Positions 1-9,740 of a stretch of DNA of 64,000 nt are shown here, piece after piece. Source of the stretch: Microgenomates group bacterium (lineage in GTDB: Bacteria > Patescibacteriota > Microgenomatia > UBA12405). The notes under the pieces are model-generated. The model was given only the letters and a program-made list of their open reading frames with translations, did no database searches and had not been told where the DNA came from. Numbering within the stretch: position 1 is the stretch's first letter; each line of letters opens with the position of its first letter. The DNA lies in assembly GCA_049303675.1 (NCBI GenBank), contig JBAQNJ010000001.1, forward strand, positions 821,443 to 885,442, given 5' to 3'. A program made the position numbers and the translations under genes.

Positions 1-1
1 A

Positions 2-538
2 GAAATTAATCTCGATAATTGGTACAAAAATTTGTCCTATCTATCGCAGGAATTCAACCATTATTACAATCTCAATCTCCGCGAAAACATCACCCTCGGT
101 GATACTCACAAAATTGCTGACAGTAAAATTTTTCAGGCACTCAGCCAGGCCGATGCCTCATTTATCAAAAAATATCCACTAGGTCTCGACACCCCCATGA
201 GCCAACGCTACGGAGGAGAGGAACCCTCTTGGGGACAGATGCAGAAAATCGCTATTGCTAGGATTTTCTATAGAAATAGCCCTGTGATCATTTTGGATGA
301 ACCCACGGCCAGCATCGACGCAGTTTCCGAATACAAAATCTTCAACCAACTTTATAAAAATATTCATCAAAAGACTTTATTGATTGTTTCCCATCGTTTC
401 TCCACCGTCCGCAATGCCAAGAGAATTATTGTTATCGACAAGGGCCAAATTGTTGAGCAGGGGAGCCACGAGGAATTACTGAAAAACAACGGCCTCTATG
501 CCAAATCATTCCATCTCCAAGCCAAAGGGTACAACTAA
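2..538 (+). CDS. ABC transporter ATP-binding domain, C-terminal part (gene starts upstream of window; MsbA-like exporter)
   Basis: ORF 32..538 continues in frame to the window edge; ABC signature region and Walker B (LSGGQ-like '...QMQKIAIARIF...', 'ILDEPTASID'); H-loop 'LLIVSHR'. Confidence 0.8.
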   Translation, partial: EINLDNWYKNLSYLSQEFNHYYNLNLRENITLGDTHKIADSKIFQALSQADASFIKKYPLGLDTPMSQRYGGEEPSWGQMQKIAIARIFYRNSPVIILDEPTASIDAVSEYKIFNQLYKNIHQKTLLIVSHRFSTVRNAKRIIVIDKGQIVEQGSHEELLKNNGLYAKSFHLQAKGYN

Positions 539-765
539 CTAATTATCTGGCACAATTTACCCACACCTCTAAGAACTGCTCCAATGGCAAAATGCTCTAC
601 TGATCTAAATTCAGCCGTTGCACACGACAGCTCATTTCTTAAGGCCTCAACTGGGGTTTTTGGGTCAGCTGTTGCTCGAACAATAAGGCCAATTTGATCT
701 TCCCACTTTCTACCCATCTTGATATTATATTCACCCTTTTCAATCAAAACATCTGAGATCATCAC
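535..765 (-). CDS. hypothetical small protein (76 aa)
   Basis: ORF only; convergent with ABC gene; no recognisable motif. Confidence 0.25.
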   Translation of the reverse strand: MMISDVLIEKGEYNIKMGRKWEDQIGLIVRATADPKTPVEALRNELSCATAEFRSVEHFAIGAVLRGVGKLCQIIS

Positions 766-783
766 CCATTGTACAATGAAATG

Positions 784-857
784 TGACTCCAGGGGGAGTC
801 GAACCCCCGATTACCTGGATGAAAGCCAGGTGTCCTAGGCCACTAGACGATGGAGCC
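784..857 (-). tRNA. tRNA-Glu (anticodon TTC)
   Basis: reverse complement reads GGCTCCATCGTCTAGTGGCCTAGGACACCTGG-CTTTCAT-CCAGG...GGTTCGACTCCCCCTGGAGTCA; cloverleaf with 7-bp acceptor stem and canonical T-loop. Confidence 0.8.
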
Positions 858-882
858 AGTATATCGGATAATATTTTACCAT

Positions 883-1500
883 ATGATCACTATTTTCCAC
901 GGCGATGACCTAGCCCTCAGTCGCCAAACCTATCTTGACCAACTCACCAAGGTTCCTCTATCTTCAGTCTTCCACACTGATTCCAAAAATATCAACCTAA
1001 ATGAAATAAATAATTTTCTCGAAGGCGGATCACTTTTTGCTGACAGTAAAATAATCGCCATCGATAATTTTTTCTCCATTCCCAAAGCCAATCAAGTCAA
1101 GTTGATTAAATTACTAGAAAAATCATCAGTCGATATCCTCCTCTGGCAGGACAAAATGCTCACCGCTGCCCAATTAAAAATACTGCCCAAAGCCATTACC
1201 AATCGCTTCAAGTCCGACAACCATATTTTCCCTTGTCTCAGTTCTCTCAAACCCCACAATTTGGCCAAATTTATGGGTCTTTATCATCAAGTCTGCGCTC
1301 AGGAACTATTTGATCTTTTTTTATATCTTTTAAAGCAAAATTTTCGCAAACAAATTCAAACTCACTCTATATATCCCCAAATTATTTTGGTCAAAACCTA
1401 TTTACAATTAATCGAACTCGAGTTCCAGTTCAAAACAGGCCAATTATCCCTTCCGCGTGAAATTGCCCTAGAACGCGTCCTGATTCCATTGTTGAAATAG
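883..1500 (+). CDS. DNA polymerase III delta subunit-like protein (HolA-like)
   Basis: start moved to Met12 of ORF 850..1500 to clear the tRNA; N-terminal 'IFHGDDLAL...' resembles the HolA N-terminus; weak. Confidence 0.45.
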   Translation: MITIFHGDDLALSRQTYLDQLTKVPLSSVFHTDSKNINLNEINNFLEGGSLFADSKIIAIDNFFSIPKANQVKLIKLLEKSSVDILLWQDKMLTAAQLKILPKAITNRFKSDNHIFPCLSSLKPHNLAKFMGLYHQVCAQELFDLFLYLLKQNFRKQIQTHSIYPQIILVKTYLQLIELEFQFKTGQLSLPREIALERVLIPLLK

Positions 1501-1605
1501 ATTGATATACAAAGTATACCTAAATATAGGTAAAATACACTTTGATACATCAATTAGCAATCAACATCATACTCTGCTAATATATATTTGATAATATAGA
1601 TTTAT

Positions 1606-2007
1606 ATGGCCAACACTATCATCACCAAACCTTGGGGATCAGAGACAATTCTTTCGGAAACAGATTTACCCTACACATTTAAACTATTAAAAATAAATGC
1701 CGGTAAAAAATTATCACTTCAATATCATGACCTAAAACTAGAAACCCTGACCCTTATTTCAGGTCAAACCCAAATCATTTGGGGGCAAAGCGAAACACAA
1801 TTAAAAACAGAAGAAATGGTGGTAGGAATGGGATACACCATCCGCCCCAATATTATCCACCGTTTTGTAGCTATTACTGATTCGCTGTTGGCCGAAGCCT
1901 CAACAGGGGAGGTGGGGACTACCCATCGGCTCCAGGATGATGCAAACCGACCTGACGAAACTGAGGAGTTACGCAGTCAGCCAAATCGTGGTTGGTCAAA
2001 CTCCTAA
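1606..2007 (+). CDS. cupin-domain protein (mannose-6-phosphate isomerase type II-like cupin)
   Basis: 'KPWGSE...' beta-barrel cupin motif; C-terminal ~35 aa look compositionally odd. Confidence 0.55.
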   Translation: MANTIITKPWGSETILSETDLPYTFKLLKINAGKKLSLQYHDLKLETLTLISGQTQIIWGQSETQLKTEEMVVGMGYTIRPNIIHRFVAITDSLLAEASTGEVGTTHRLQDDANRPDETEELRSQPNRGWSNS

Positions 2008-2026
2008 AAAGTGCTACATTTAATTA

Positions 2027-4297
2027 ATGAAAAGTTCAAATACTCTCTGGTTTAAGGATATTCACTTCGAAGATGTCAACATTGTCGGTGGCAAAGGTGC
2101 CAATTTGGGCGAAATGTACAATCTCGGTATTCCTGTCCCCAATGGCTTTGTCGTCACTTCCTCTGCCTATTTTCAATTTATCAAAGACAACAATCTCAAA
2201 TCTCAAATTAGTGATATTCTCAAAACTACCAATGTCGATGAGCCAGATCAATTATTGTCTGCCTCCAAAAAAATAAAAACTCTTATTAAAAAAAGTCCCC
2301 TGCCAGATGCCCTTGCTTTTGAAATCATGTCCAATTACAAAAAGTTATCTGGGTTTATTGGCCTAAGTAACGCTTCCGTTGCCGTCCGCTCCTCCGCTAC
2401 CGCCGAGGATTCAGCTGATGCTTCGTTTGCCGGCCAACAGGAAACTTTTCTCAATGTAGTTGGTGAAGCCAATGTCGTCAACCGTGTCCGTGATTGTTGG
2501 GCCTCTCTTTTTACCCCTCGTTCCATTTTTTATCGAGTCAAGAAAAAATACGACCATTTCCAAGTGGGGGTCGCTGTGCCAATTCAAAAACAAATTCAGT
2601 CAGAAATCTCGGGAATTATGTTTACTGTCAATCCCGTCAGTAACAACAAAAATCAAATTATTATTGAAACAGTTTGGGGACTAGGGGAGTACATAGTTCA
2701 AGGTCAAGTCACTCCTGACCAAATTATTCTCGATAAAAGTAATTGGGGTATTGTTTCCAAAAATCATGTTAGCCAAGATGTCATGTTAGTCAAATCTCAA
2801 AACGAAACTAGCGAAGTCCCTGTCCCCAAATCAAAACAAAACAAGATCAAGATCAGCGACGAGTTTGCTGTCAAAATCGCCAAAGTTGGCCAAAAGTTGC
2901 ACAACCATTATGGCAAACCCCAAGATATCGAATTTGCCATTTTCAAAAATGAATTATTCATCGTCCAAACTCGACCAATCACCACTGTCGCTTCAAACCA
3001 AAAAACCCTCAACTCCCAAACTACCATCACCTCCAAACCAGACCTGACCGGTGAATCAGCCAGCCCCGGCAATGCCACCGGTGTAGTGATGATTATTAAG
3101 TCACCCAAAGAAATCAACAAAGTTCAAAAGGGTCATATCATGGTCACCTCCATGACCTCCCCTGACTTTGTCCCTGCCATGAAAAAAGTTAATGGCATCA
3201 TTACCGACAAGGGTGGCCAAACATCTCATGCCGCTATCGTTAGTCGCGAATTGGGAGTCCCTTGTGTTGTTGGCACTAAAACTGCCACCAAGTTTTTTCA
3301 CGACGGAGATATTGTCACTATCAATGGAACTACTGGCGAAATTTGGTTTGGTGATCTTACCAACAATATAGCACCCATCGCGCCATCTCCCCACCGCGCC
3401 GTAGCGCTTCGTACTGCCACCAAGGTCTATGTCAACCTAGGCGAACCGGAACTGGCAGCTACAATTAGTAAACGTCACGTTGATGGAGTTGGGCTTCTCC
3501 GAGCGGAATTTATGATTGCCAATATCGGCATCCACCCTAAAAAAATGATTGCTGACGGTCGTCAAAAAGAATATATTGAAAAATTGGCCATGAATATAGC
3601 CAAATTTTGCAAGAGTTTTTCGCCTCGGCCAGTTGTCTACCGAGCCACTGATTTTAAAACCAACGAATATCGGTTTTTAAAATGGGGTAAGCTCTACGAA
3701 CCAGAAGAACCCAATCCCTTACTCGGCTTTCGTGGTGCCACTCGATACATCAACAGTCCTGATGTTTTTAGTATGGAGCTGGAGGCCATCAAAATGGTCC
3801 GCAACCGTCTCAATCTCAAAAACCTTTGGCTGATGATTCCCTTTGTCCGCACCCCTCATGAATTATTTTTAGTCAAAAAACTGATTTCTGATCATGGCTT
3901 ACTTCGTTCTCCTACATTCAAATTGTTTATGATGGTCGAGATACCTAGTAATGTAATTCTCCTCGATAAATTTATTGATGTGGGCATCGATGGTATCAGT
4001 ATCGGTAGCAATGACCTGACCATGCTTACACTCGGGCTCGACCGCGACAATGGTGAAGTCGCCAAGGACTTCAACGAAATGGATCCTGCAGTACTGTGGA
4101 GTCTCAAAAGAGCCATTACTAAGGCCAAAAAACGAGGTGTCCTCGCCTCTATTTGTGGCCAAGCCCCTAGCAATCACCCTGAATTAGTGGAAAAACTAGT
4201 CAAGTGGGGTGTGACCTCAATTTCAGTTTCACCCGATGCTATCGACCGCACCCGTGAGATCATTTCTTGGGCAGAGAAAAAAAGAATGGAAAAATAA
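2027..4297 (+). CDS. ppsA: phosphoenolpyruvate synthase / PEP-utilizing enzyme (three domains)
   Basis: N-terminal ATP-grasp 'GGKGANLGEM', phosphohistidine swivel 'GGQTSHAAIVSRELGVPCVVG', C-terminal PEP-utilizing TIM barrel; 756 aa. Confidence 0.85.
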   Translation: MKSSNTLWFKDIHFEDVNIVGGKGANLGEMYNLGIPVPNGFVVTSSAYFQFIKDNNLKSQISDILKTTNVDEPDQLLSASKKIKTLIKKSPLPDALAFEIMSNYKKLSGFIGLSNASVAVRSSATAEDSADASFAGQQETFLNVVGEANVVNRVRDCWASLFTPRSIFYRVKKKYDHFQVGVAVPIQKQIQSEISGIMFTVNPVSNNKNQIIIETVWGLGEYIVQGQVTPDQIILDKSNWGIVSKNHVSQDVMLVKSQNETSEVPVPKSKQNKIKISDEFAVKIAKVGQKLHNHYGKPQDIEFAIFKNELFIVQTRPITTVASNQKTLNSQTTITSKPDLTGESASPGNATGVVMIIKSPKEINKVQKGHIMVTSMTSPDFVPAMKKVNGIITDKGGQTSHAAIVSRELGVPCVVGTKTATKFFHDGDIVTINGTTGEIWFGDLTNNIAPIAPSPHRAVALRTATKVYVNLGEPELAATISKRHVDGVGLLRAEFMIANIGIHPKKMIADGRQKEYIEKLAMNIAKFCKSFSPRPVVYRATDFKTNEYRFLKWGKLYEPEEPNPLLGFRGATRYINSPDVFSMELEAIKMVRNRLNLKNLWLMIPFVRTPHELFLVKKLISDHGLLRSPTFKLFMMVEIPSNVILLDKFIDVGIDGISIGSNDLTMLTLGLDRDNGEVAKDFNEMDPAVLWSLKRAITKAKKRGVLASICGQAPSNHPELVEKLVKWGVTSISVSPDAIDRTREIISWAEKKRMEK

Positions 4298-4299
4298 TT

Positions 4300-4968
4300 T
4301 TAGTGATAGACAATTACCACCTCACCCCGCGAATCACCTCCAAACTCACTTTCCACTGACTCAAACATTTTGGTCATCTCCCTCACTACTCTCACTTCAC
4401 ATTTTGACCCCTCAATTTCCTTAATTATTTTCACCGATTCTTCAGTTCTATTACCTGCCTCAAAAAACATTTTAACTCCCTCAAAACTTTTATATTTTTC
4501 TATCAATTTTTTCTTATCATTTTCTTTTTTAGGTAAAAAACCCAAAAAACAAAACCGCTGGATTGGCAATCCCGACAACACCGCAGCGTTAATAACCGCC
4601 GACATTCCCCCAATTGCAGTATATTTTAACCCCAACTCTTGGCATTTTTTGACTAGTAACCAGCCTGGATCAGAGATCAGGGGAGTCCCAGCATCAGTCA
4701 CCAATCCCACTTCCAATCCCTCCTTCAACATATTTATTACTTCTGGAATTTTCTGAGCTTCAACTTCATCATAAAATGACATTAGTTTTGGTTTATTGGC
4801 AATCTTTAAACTTTGCAGCAAAAATCCTGTCTTGCGAGTATCTTCACACAGCAAGATATCAATCTGTTCCAGCGTCTCAATCGCCCTCAAAGTAATGTCC
4901 TTCAGGTTTCCTATTGGTGTCGAAATTATATACAACATAATTTTTAATTTAAAATTTATCCTATACAA
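4300..4968 (-). CDS. rsmI: 16S rRNA (cytidine1402-2'-O)-methyltransferase RsmI (tetrapyrrole-methylase fold)
   Basis: 'MLYIISTPIGNLKDITLRAIE...' N-terminal motif; true start may be the internal Met at ~4938. Confidence 0.75.
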   Translation of the reverse strand: MYRINFKLKIMLYIISTPIGNLKDITLRAIETLEQIDILLCEDTRKTGFLLQSLKIANKPKLMSFYDEVEAQKIPEVINMLKEGLEVGLVTDAGTPLISDPGWLLVKKCQELGLKYTAIGGMSAVINAAVLSGLPIQRFCFLGFLPKKENDKKKLIEKYKSFEGVKMFFEAGNRTEESVKIIKEIEGSKCEVRVVREMTKMFESVESEFGGDSRGEVVIVYH

Positions 4969-5581
4969 ACTGTCTAATTACTTGCACCACTTTGCCTCTT
5001 ATCTCTACTTCCCGTACATACATTGGCGACATAGTCGAGTTGGCTGGCTGCAGCCGAATCCGCCCTAGTTCTTTGTAATATCTCTTCAGAGTCGCAAAAC
5101 CGTTTTTGAGCACCGCCACCACAATATCTCCATTGTTGGCTTCTTTTTGTTCCTTTATCACCAAATAATCCCCATTAAGTATTCCATCATCAATCATCGA
5201 ATCTCCCTTAGCCTGCAACACATAAGATTTATATGCTGACTTGATAGTCCCTGCAGCCACCGCCAACGTCGCATTGGGGTCAGTATATGGCTCCAGAGGC
5301 GCCCCACAAGCAATGAACCCTAAAACTGGCAATTCAATCATATTTGAGCTATCGTCATGATTTTCATTTTCAATTACCTCAATCCCTCTAACTGCCCCCC
5401 GATACCGTCTAATTAATCCTTTCTTCTCCAATACCGCTAAATGTTCATGTACCGTCGCCAGAGAAGACAGCCCCAAATGAGAAGCAATTTCCGTCAAAGT
5501 CGGAGCGCAAGAATACTTGTTGATATTTTCACTAATAAAATCGAGTATCTGTTTTTGTCTTCTGTATAGAGTTTGGGCCAT
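4961..5581 (-). CDS. lexA: LexA repressor (S24 peptidase)
   Basis: N-terminal winged HTH; cleavage-site region 'VAAG'; catalytic 'GDSM' Ser and Lys ('ATLKRY'). Confidence 0.9.
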   Translation of the reverse strand: MAQTLYRRQKQILDFISENINKYSCAPTLTEIASHLGLSSLATVHEHLAVLEKKGLIRRYRGAVRGIEVIENENHDDSSNMIELPVLGFIACGAPLEPYTDPNATLAVAAGTIKSAYKSYVLQAKGDSMIDDGILNGDYLVIKEQKEANNGDIVVAVLKNGFATLKRYYKELGRIRLQPANSTMSPMYVREVEIRGKVVQVIRQFV

Positions 5582-5645
5582 AACTTATCTTATACGAATA
5601 ATACCCGAAGTCAATAAGTCAAAAACGATGTTATATTTATAAGAC

Positions 5646-7397
5646 ATGTTTTTATTAACACTACTACTATTAATATTTATCCAGCCCCAGTTATCCCTAG
5701 CCAACAGTGAGTTTGATGTCCTCCAAAAAATTGAGTACTCCGTTGACGAAGTAGGCAATGCCAAAGTCACTCAAGAAATAAATTTAACCAACAAAATTTC
5801 CCAAGTCTATTCCAAGGAATATCAGTTGATCATTCACAACTCAAACATTCAAAATATTACTGGCCACGATAAACATGGCAATATCATCAAATCTGTCATT
5901 CCAGAGTCGGACAAGACCACCATCAATCTCCATTTTGATTCACCCACTATTGGCAAAGATCAGACAAATCAATTCTTTTTGTTGTATACCATCGTTGGCT
6001 TTGCCCAACAAAAAGGTAAAACTTGGGAAATTCTCCTCCCTCAGTTTGAAAACCAAATTACCGACTCCCAGCTGGTCGTTTCCCTTAGTGTGCCTACCAG
6101 TTTTGGAGAACTATCCTCGGCAGCAATACCCATTCAAAGCTCACATCTAGTCAACAATCGTCAAAGTATCCAGCTGGCACCAATATCATCATCCTCCAAA
6201 CAGTTGTTTGTTTTTGGCAACAACCAAATTTTTGATTTCAAATTATTATATTTTCTCAAAAATTCCCAATCAGTATCTCAAAACTTGGAAATACCCATCC
6301 CTCCTGATACCAATATTCAAACTATTACTTACCAAAATTTTGACCCATTACCTCAAAATATTAGACAGGACGGCGATGGTAATTGGTTGGCTCAGTACTA
6401 TCTTAGCCCACAACAGGAGTTGGGCATCACCGTTACCGGTCAAGCCAAAATTCATGCATCCCTCAAAAAGCCAATAAATATTGACCCCTCAACTTACCTC
6501 TCTGCCGACAAATACTGGGACACCAATTCACCCGAAATCACTATCATCAAGCACAGTCTATCCACCCCCAAGTCAATCTACGACTATACAATATCTACCC
6601 TGAGCTATGATTATAATCAAATTAATAACGCTAGCCGCAAGGGAGCAACTGCGGCCCTTAGCTCCCCTACAAACTCACTTTGCACCGAGTTTACCGACTT
6701 GTTTGTCACCCTTGCCAGATCAGTAGGCATTCCGGCTCGCGAAATCGAAGGTTATGCCTATAGTAACAACTCCAAAATCAAGCCCACCAATATTGGTACC
6801 GATATTCTCCATGCTTGGCCAGAATTCTATGACCAGCCCCACAAAAACTGGATCCAGATCGACCCTACCTGGGAGAAAACCACCAATGGCATTGACTATT
6901 TTAATGATCTTGATCTCAACCACATCACCTTTGTTATCCATGGACTCAACAGCCAGTCCCCGCCACCTCCAGGATCATACAAACGTGATTCCTCGCAAAA
7001 AACAGTTTATGTTGATTTTGCCAAATCTCCCTTAATTATTCCCGAACAACCACTAAAAATTAAAGTTGATAATAATCAGCTGATTATTACCAATCCCAAT
7101 TTATTCGCTCTGAATAATCAAATAATCCAAACCCACGACAAACAGTGGAGTACCACTCTCGATGTTTTACCCCCACTTTCCATTCATTCAATCAATTTGC
7201 CCAAAATTCCCATTTTGACCCAATTACTCCCCCGATATTCAAATTACCAGTTTACGGTTAATAATCATCAGCAATCCTACGTTCTACTTATTTTAAATCG
7301 CTATCACTATCTCTACTTGAGCATTCTAGTCGGTGTCACTATCTTTGGCCTGTGTGTTGGCGGTATAATACTCACAACCCATCATCATTCAAAATGA
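5646..7397 (+). CDS. secreted, membrane-anchored transglutaminase-like domain protein
   Basis: signal peptide; Cys-His-Asp core region ('SPTNSLCTEFTDLF...', 'ILHAWPEFYD', 'IQIDPTW'); C-terminal TM helix. Confidence 0.6.
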   Translation: MFLLTLLLLIFIQPQLSLANSEFDVLQKIEYSVDEVGNAKVTQEINLTNKISQVYSKEYQLIIHNSNIQNITGHDKHGNIIKSVIPESDKTTINLHFDSPTIGKDQTNQFFLLYTIVGFAQQKGKTWEILLPQFENQITDSQLVVSLSVPTSFGELSSAAIPIQSSHLVNNRQSIQLAPISSSSKQLFVFGNNQIFDFKLLYFLKNSQSVSQNLEIPIPPDTNIQTITYQNFDPLPQNIRQDGDGNWLAQYYLSPQQELGITVTGQAKIHASLKKPINIDPSTYLSADKYWDTNSPEITIIKHSLSTPKSIYDYTISTLSYDYNQINNASRKGATAALSSPTNSLCTEFTDLFVTLARSVGIPAREIEGYAYSNNSKIKPTNIGTDILHAWPEFYDQPHKNWIQIDPTWEKTTNGIDYFNDLDLNHITFVIHGLNSQSPPPPGSYKRDSSQKTVYVDFAKSPLIIPEQPLKIKVDNNQLIITNPNLFALNNQIIQTHDKQWSTTLDVLPPLSIHSINLPKIPILTQLLPRYSNYQFTVNNHQQSYVLLILNRYHYLYLSILVGVTIFGLCVGGIILTTHHHSK

Positions 7398-7813
7398 GAA
7401 AAATATTCAAACTTACCCTATTAATTTCCTTTGCCCTAGTCGCCCAAAACCAGATTTGGGGTAACCTAGACTTTCATAACTCCGCTATTTCCATCATCAA
7501 AGTAGCCTTTATTCTCACCATTTTTGAATTGTTAATTAAACCAATTATTAAAATTATCTTGTTTCCCATAAACCTCCTCACCCTCGGACTTTTTCGGGTA
7601 GTCATCAACACCGTCGGATTCTACATGGCGGCGTTTTTTCTTTCTGATTTTGTCATCACCAATATCCACACTCTACCTCAAAATATTTACGGTCTAAATC
7701 TACCTGCCATCAATTTAATTGGCTTCTGGGCTCACTTGGTGAATTCCACTTCTAACAGTTTTTTGTTATATATATTTAAATCAATTATAAAATCTAAAAA
7801 GGATAAAAAATGA
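7394..7813 (+). CDS. YvlD/DUF360-family membrane protein (putative holin family)
   Basis: 4-TM protein with 'PINLLTLGLFRVVINTVGFY' motif; start set to the Met overlapping the upstream stop (ATGA). Confidence 0.5.
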   Translation: MRKIFKLTLLISFALVAQNQIWGNLDFHNSAISIIKVAFILTIFELLIKPIIKIILFPINLLTLGLFRVVINTVGFYMAAFFLSDFVITNIHTLPQNIYGLNLPAINLIGFWAHLVNSTSNSFLLYIFKSIIKSKKDKK

Positions 7814-8022
7814 AAACAACTTTGATTGTCGTCCAAATAATTATTTCCGTGGTTTTGACCGGATTAATTTTTCTCCAATCAGGTGACGATAATGAATCAC
7901 GCTCCAACATTATGTCTTCCAATACTTTTCAAAAAAGAGGTTGGGAGCGAGCCGTCTATTTCGCCACAATTGCCATTCTAGTATTATTTCTAATTTCATC
8001 AATTATCCAAACTACAATTTAA
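7810..8022 (+). CDS. secG: preprotein translocase subunit SecG
   Basis: 70 aa, two TM helices, 'GLIFLQSG' loop motif typical of SecG. Confidence 0.6.
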   Translation: MKTTLIVVQIIISVVLTGLIFLQSGDDNESRSNIMSSNTFQKRGWERAVYFATIAILVLFLISSIIQTTI

Positions 8023-8032
8023 TTGCTCCAAC

Positions 8033-9367
8033 TTGTCAAAAAAACTTCGTTTTTTTATTGAATATTTTCTCTACTATCTCAAGACATATTCTCTAGTTAT
8101 CATCCTCGGAATAATCTCCGGCTCACTAATTTACACCAACCGTCTTTACTTAATCCAGTTATTTAACAACCTCACCTTTCAAAAAAATAATATTGGCCTC
8201 GAGGGTCTCTATACTATTTCCAATCTTCCTGAAATAGTCTCCAACCAAATCAGTTATGGTATTACCACCCTCTCCGAAAATGACAAAGCTCAGATATCAC
8301 CCATAGTCGACAAAATTGAGGTTGATGAAAATAATCAAAATTACACCATTTTTTTCAAAAATGACATTTATTGGCACAATGGCCGCAAGTTCCAAACATC
8401 AGATCTAAATTTAAACATTGCCGGAGCCCAAATAACCAATAAATCGGCCACTACCATGACCATATCTCTGCCCACCCCCTTTTCTCCCTTATTATCTTTT
8501 CTCAGCCAACCTCTTTTTTATAATCAGGGGCTAATTGGCCTTGGCAAATATCAGGTCGCCGACACCACCTATCAGGACGGTTATCTCAAAACCATTTCCC
8601 TAGTGTCTGTTACCAATAGCCACGATCAAATCTTTTATCATTTTTATCAAAATAGTGACGACTTGATCAACGCCTTCAAATTAGGTGAAGTTAGCCAAAT
8701 TATCACCACATCGCTCAATCAAGACATTTCTTCGTGGCCAAACATCAAAATAAATCCCGATGTCTCCACTAAAAAATATCTAGCTATTTTTTTCAATACT
8801 GAAAAAATTAGCAGCAAATCCCTGCGACAGTCGTTGGCCTATGCCACCCCCAAAACTAGTACCAACAATCGCTGTCTAGGACCCATATCACCAACCTCAT
8901 GGGCCTATAATCCCCAAATAAAACCATACAACTATAATCCCACTCGCGCCAAAGAGTTGTTGGACAAAGAACACCCCTCCCAAATTAATTTAATTATTAC
9001 CGACCGCCAACTATTACCCATTGCCGAAAGTATCAAAAAAAGTTGGCAGGAAAACCTCAGTATCGATACCCACATCAATATCGAGAGTCAAAAGCCTTCC
9101 CTCACCGATTATGAGGCCATTTTGACCTACGGTACAGTGTCTCGTGATCCCGATCAATACACCTTTTGGCATTCCACTCAGATTAATACCAATATTACCC
9201 ACCTCGATAATTCCCGTATTGATAAACTACTAGAAGAGGGTAGACTAATTTCTAATCAAAGTGAACGAAAGCAAATTTATTATGACTTTCAGAAGTTTTT
9301 GCTTGAAGAATCACCAGTTATATTTTTAGAATTTCCCATCTCTTATAATATATCTAGGATAAAATAA
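8033..9367 (+). CDS. extracellular solute-binding protein family 5-like protein (OppA/DppA fold)
   Basis: N-terminal TM; C-terminal 'DPDQYTFWHS...SRIDKLLEEGRLISNQSERKQIYYDFQKFLLEESPVIFL' matches the SBP_bac_5 C-terminal region; no adjacent permease genes. Confidence 0.5.
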   Translation: MSKKLRFFIEYFLYYLKTYSLVIILGIISGSLIYTNRLYLIQLFNNLTFQKNNIGLEGLYTISNLPEIVSNQISYGITTLSENDKAQISPIVDKIEVDENNQNYTIFFKNDIYWHNGRKFQTSDLNLNIAGAQITNKSATTMTISLPTPFSPLLSFLSQPLFYNQGLIGLGKYQVADTTYQDGYLKTISLVSVTNSHDQIFYHFYQNSDDLINAFKLGEVSQIITTSLNQDISSWPNIKINPDVSTKKYLAIFFNTEKISSKSLRQSLAYATPKTSTNNRCLGPISPTSWAYNPQIKPYNYNPTRAKELLDKEHPSQINLIITDRQLLPIAESIKKSWQENLSIDTHINIESQKPSLTDYEAILTYGTVSRDPDQYTFWHSTQINTNITHLDNSRIDKLLEEGRLISNQSERKQIYYDFQKFLLEESPVIFLEFPISYNISRIK

Positions 9368-9369
9368 TT

Positions 9370-9582
9370 ATGAACGAAAAATCACTCACTCCCATCGGTA
9401 TCATCTTATTATCTATCCTCTTCTTGCTGTTATCTTACGCCGGATATATTTCCTACCAGAGTATCGATTGGACAGTGCTCACCCGACTCGAGTCTCAGCC
9501 ACTAGTCCTACCAACTCCAGTTTCTTCACCCTCGGCAGTTGCTTTATCTCCCACTCCCTCCTTAACGCCAACGACAAAGTAG
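9370..9582 (+). CDS. small membrane protein with Pro/Thr/Ser-rich tail
   Basis: ORF with one TM helix; overlaps the convergent GIY-YIG gene at its 3' end. Confidence 0.3.
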   Translation: MNEKSLTPIGIILLSILFLLLSYAGYISYQSIDWTVLTRLESQPLVLPTPVSSPSAVALSPTPSLTPTTK

Positions 9583-9739
9583 CTACTTTTTCCACATAAA
9601 TCAATTCAAAAGATTTAAAGGCTCTCACATACTTGGACCCTTTGCCTGATTGATGTTTTAATATCCTCTTTTCCACGTCACTAGTTTGGCCGGTATATAG
9701 GGTATTTTTATCTGTTCTTAGAATATATACAAAATACAT
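9479..9739 (-). CDS. GIY-YIG nuclease family protein (UPF0213/YhbQ-like)
   Basis: 'FYVYILRTDKNTLYTGQTSDVEKRILKHQSGKGSKY' GIY-YIG motif. Confidence 0.75.
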   Translation of the reverse strand: MYFVYILRTDKNTLYTGQTSDVEKRILKHQSGKGSKYVRAFKSFELIYVEKVATLSLALRREWEIKQLPRVKKLELVGLVAETRVG

Positions 9740-9740
9740 A

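Noticed and set aside
2036-4424. Short antisense and alternate-frame ORFs inside ppsA (2036..2251-, 2073..2276+, 2335..2684, 2865..3394, 3892..4177-)
   Set aside because: They are nested within a well-supported 756-aa gene; no independent evidence.
5582-5645. Looked for a LexA operator (Cheo box CGAAC-N4-GTTCG or CTGT-N8-ACAG) in the lexA / transglutaminase divergent region
   Set aside because: No convincing palindrome of either type seen by eye; cannot call.
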